Shown piece after piece: positions 45,201-48,200 of a DNA stretch of 64,000 nt. The notes beneath the pieces were generated by a model. It was not told the origin of the DNA. It made no database searches and saw only the letters and a program-made list of their open reading frames with translations. The position numbers and the translations under genes are program-made. Source of the stretch: Planctomycetia bacterium (GTDB taxonomy: Bacteria; Planctomycetota; Planctomycetia; JALXBF01; JBGPMX01); NCBI GenBank assembly GCA_036758585.1, contig DAIOWH010000003.1, positions 6,152-70,151 of the forward strand, given 5' to 3'. Within the stretch, counting starts at the first letter, position 1. Each line of letters begins with the position of its first letter.

Positions 45201-48200
45201 ATTCGTTGACTCGACTCTGGTCGGCACGACGCTCGCCAGCGCCGCTGGCGTGTGGACGTTCACAACAGGCGCGTTGGCAGGCGGGTCGCGCGTGGTCTCG
45301 GTGCGGGCCGAAGACGCCGCGGGCAATCCGAGCGGACCGAGCGGGGACCTGACGGTCGTCATCGACATTATCGCTCCGACCGCGCCGTCGCGGCCTGGGC
45401 TGAATGCACCGAGCGATACGGGCACGGCCGGCGACGACATCACCAGCGACAACACACCCACGCTGACCGGCACGGCCGAACCCGGCGCCACGGTACGGCT
45501 CTTTGTGGGCGGCATCTTGGCGGGATCGGTGCAAGCAGACTCGCTGGGTGCGTGGAGCGTGACGATCTCGACCCCGCTGGTCGACGGCGTCCATGCGTTC
45601 ACGGCCACGGCCACCGACGCGGCCGGCAACACCGGCCCGGCGAGCGTGGCGCGCGACGTGACAATCGACACGGCGCCGCCGTCGCAGCCGGACCAGCCGG
45701 ATTTGGCCGCCGCCAGCGACACCGGCCGGTCGATGACCGACAACATCACCAACGACACGACGCCGACGCTCGGCGGCACGGCGCAGGGCGCCTTCGTGGA
45801 AGTGCTGGTCGACGGCAACCTGATCGGCGTGGCGATCGTCGGCGCGCTGGGTCAGTGGACGCTGACGCCCACGACTGCCCTGGCGACCGGTCAGCGAGTG
45901 ATCGTCGCTCGCGGCGGAGACGCCGCGGGGAACATCAGCGCACCTAGCGTGGCTCTTTCGATCACCATCGACACGGCCGCTCCGGCCGTTCCGACCACGC
46001 CCGACCTGAACGCGTTGAGCGATTCGGGACTGGCGAACGACGACGACGTGACGCGCGTGGCGACGCCGACGTTCGACGGCACAGCCGAAAACGGCGCAAC
46101 CGTCGAACTGTTCGTCGACGGTGTTTCCGCCGGCACCACGCAGGCGGGCCTGGGCGGCTCATGGAGCTTTACGGCGCCGGTCGCTCTGAGCGACGGCGTA
46201 CACGCGGTGACCGCGCGGGCGATCGACGCCGCGGGCAACGAGAGTGTTCAGACGGCGGCGTTGTCTGTCACGGTGGACACGGTCGCGCCGTCGGCCCCGA
46301 CGGGGCTCAACCTGGACGATGCGAGCGACACGGGGAGCTCCAACATCGACGAGATCACGAACAATACGACGCCCAGCTTGTCGGGTTCGGCGCTGGCCGA
46401 CAGCGTTGTCGAAGTCTTTGCCAACGGGGCCACCTTGGGCACGACCACGGCGACCGCCGGCGGTTCGTGGACGCTCCAAGTCGCCTCGGCGCTTGGCGAA
46501 GGGAATCAGTTGATCAGGGCGACGGCGACCGACCTGGCCGGCAACACCAGCAATCTCAGCGCGACGCTCGCCATCGTGATCGACACGACGCCGCCTGGCC
46601 AGCCGGGTGCGCCCGACCTCGTAGCGGCCACCGATACGGGTGCGTCGAGCAGCGACAACATCACAAGAGACAGCACGCCGTCGTTCGCGGGCGACGCCGA
46701 GGCGGGTTCTACGGTCCGAGTGTTGCGAGCGACGGCCGGTGGTCCGGTGGAAGTGGCTCGCACTACGGCGAACAGTCCGTGGAACGTGACCCTGGCGACG
46801 CCGCTCGTGGACGGCCTATACAGCATCACCGCGACGGCGACCGATGTGGCGGGCAACGAGAGCGTCGAGAGCAATCCGTTGGCGGTGACGATTGATACGG
46901 CCAGCCCGGCGGCTCCTTCGACGCCGAGTCTCGATTCGGCCAGCGACACCGGCCGGTTGAACAACGACCGAGTTACGAACGACCTTACGCCGACGTTGAC
47001 CGGGACATCGGAAGCCAACGCCACGGTGGAGTTGTTCCGCATGGATGCGACGGGGAACGTGTCGCTCGGCACAACGGTGGCGAGCGACACCGGGGCTTGG
47101 AGCTTCACGCCAACGACGAACCAACCGACCGGCGCCGACGTCAAGTTCGTGGCCCGGGCCACCGATCTGGCGGGCAACGTCGGCGGCCTGAGTTCGGCGT
47201 TGACGATAACCATTGACACAACGCCGCCTGCTACGGCGCCGAGCGTCGCTACGCTCAACCCCGCCAGCAACTCGGGCGACCCGGCGGACAACATCACGAA
47301 CTTCCGCATGCCCCAGTTTACCGGCACCGCATCGGACGGCACGACCATAGAGATCGGTTCCGATCGCGATGGCGTAATCTGCCGTGCCATCGTCGCCAGC
47401 GGAGTGTGGACCTGCACTCCGTCGACGCCGCTGAGCGACGGCGTTCACAACATCCGGGTGAGTGCCAGCGACGACGCCGGCAACCCGAGTGCTCCGTCGC
47501 CGGCCGTGGCGATCACGATCGATTCGACGCCGCCAACGGTCATCGCGCTCGACCCGCCGATCGGCGGCGTCACCGGCGGCGGAACACTGACGGAAATCAC
47601 GGTGTTCTTTAGCGAGGCGCTCAGCCGGACGACGGCCACGAACGTAGCCAACTACAAGCTTGTCGGCGCCGACGGCGGCACAGTGGCCGTCACGCCGGTC
47701 TTTGACGAGAGCAATCCGATGGTGGTCCGCCTCTGCCGCAACGCGACCTGCGACCTGCCGTTCGCGCCCGACACCTACACGCTGACCGTCATCGGTGCGA
47801 CGTCGGTAACTGATCGCGCCGGCAACAAGCTGGCTGGAGGCAACGACTTCACGGCCCGGTTTACTCACAGCGCCTCGCCCGAACAGCCGCGGCCGATTGA
47901 CACGCTCATTCGGGCCCGCGGCGACAAGCGGACGACGACCAGTCTGTATGTTGCGTTCAGCCAGCAAATGAACGCCGCTCAGGCCGCCACGGCCGGCAAT
48001 TACGAGGTCCGGAGCTCCGGCAAGGACAAGACCCTCGGCACTCCCGACGACAAGTTCGAGCAGTTCATTGCCGACTACTTCCCGGCCGACGGTGTTCAAC
48101 CGGCACACGTAGTGTTGAATTTTGCACCAGGGTTCAAGAACGGGCAGGCGGTTCAATTGACCATCAAGTCGTTTGAAACCGAGGACGGCGATCTGCTGGA

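Noticed and set aside
42555-47540. CRISPR array or RTX-type repeats as explanation for the strong periodicity
   Set aside because: The periodicity is ~300-315 nt and coding (Ig-like domains). It is not 28-37-nt direct repeats with spacers. The GD.DGDG motifs elsewhere are FG-GAP/thrombospondin-like, not the GGxGxDxUx RTX nonapeptide.
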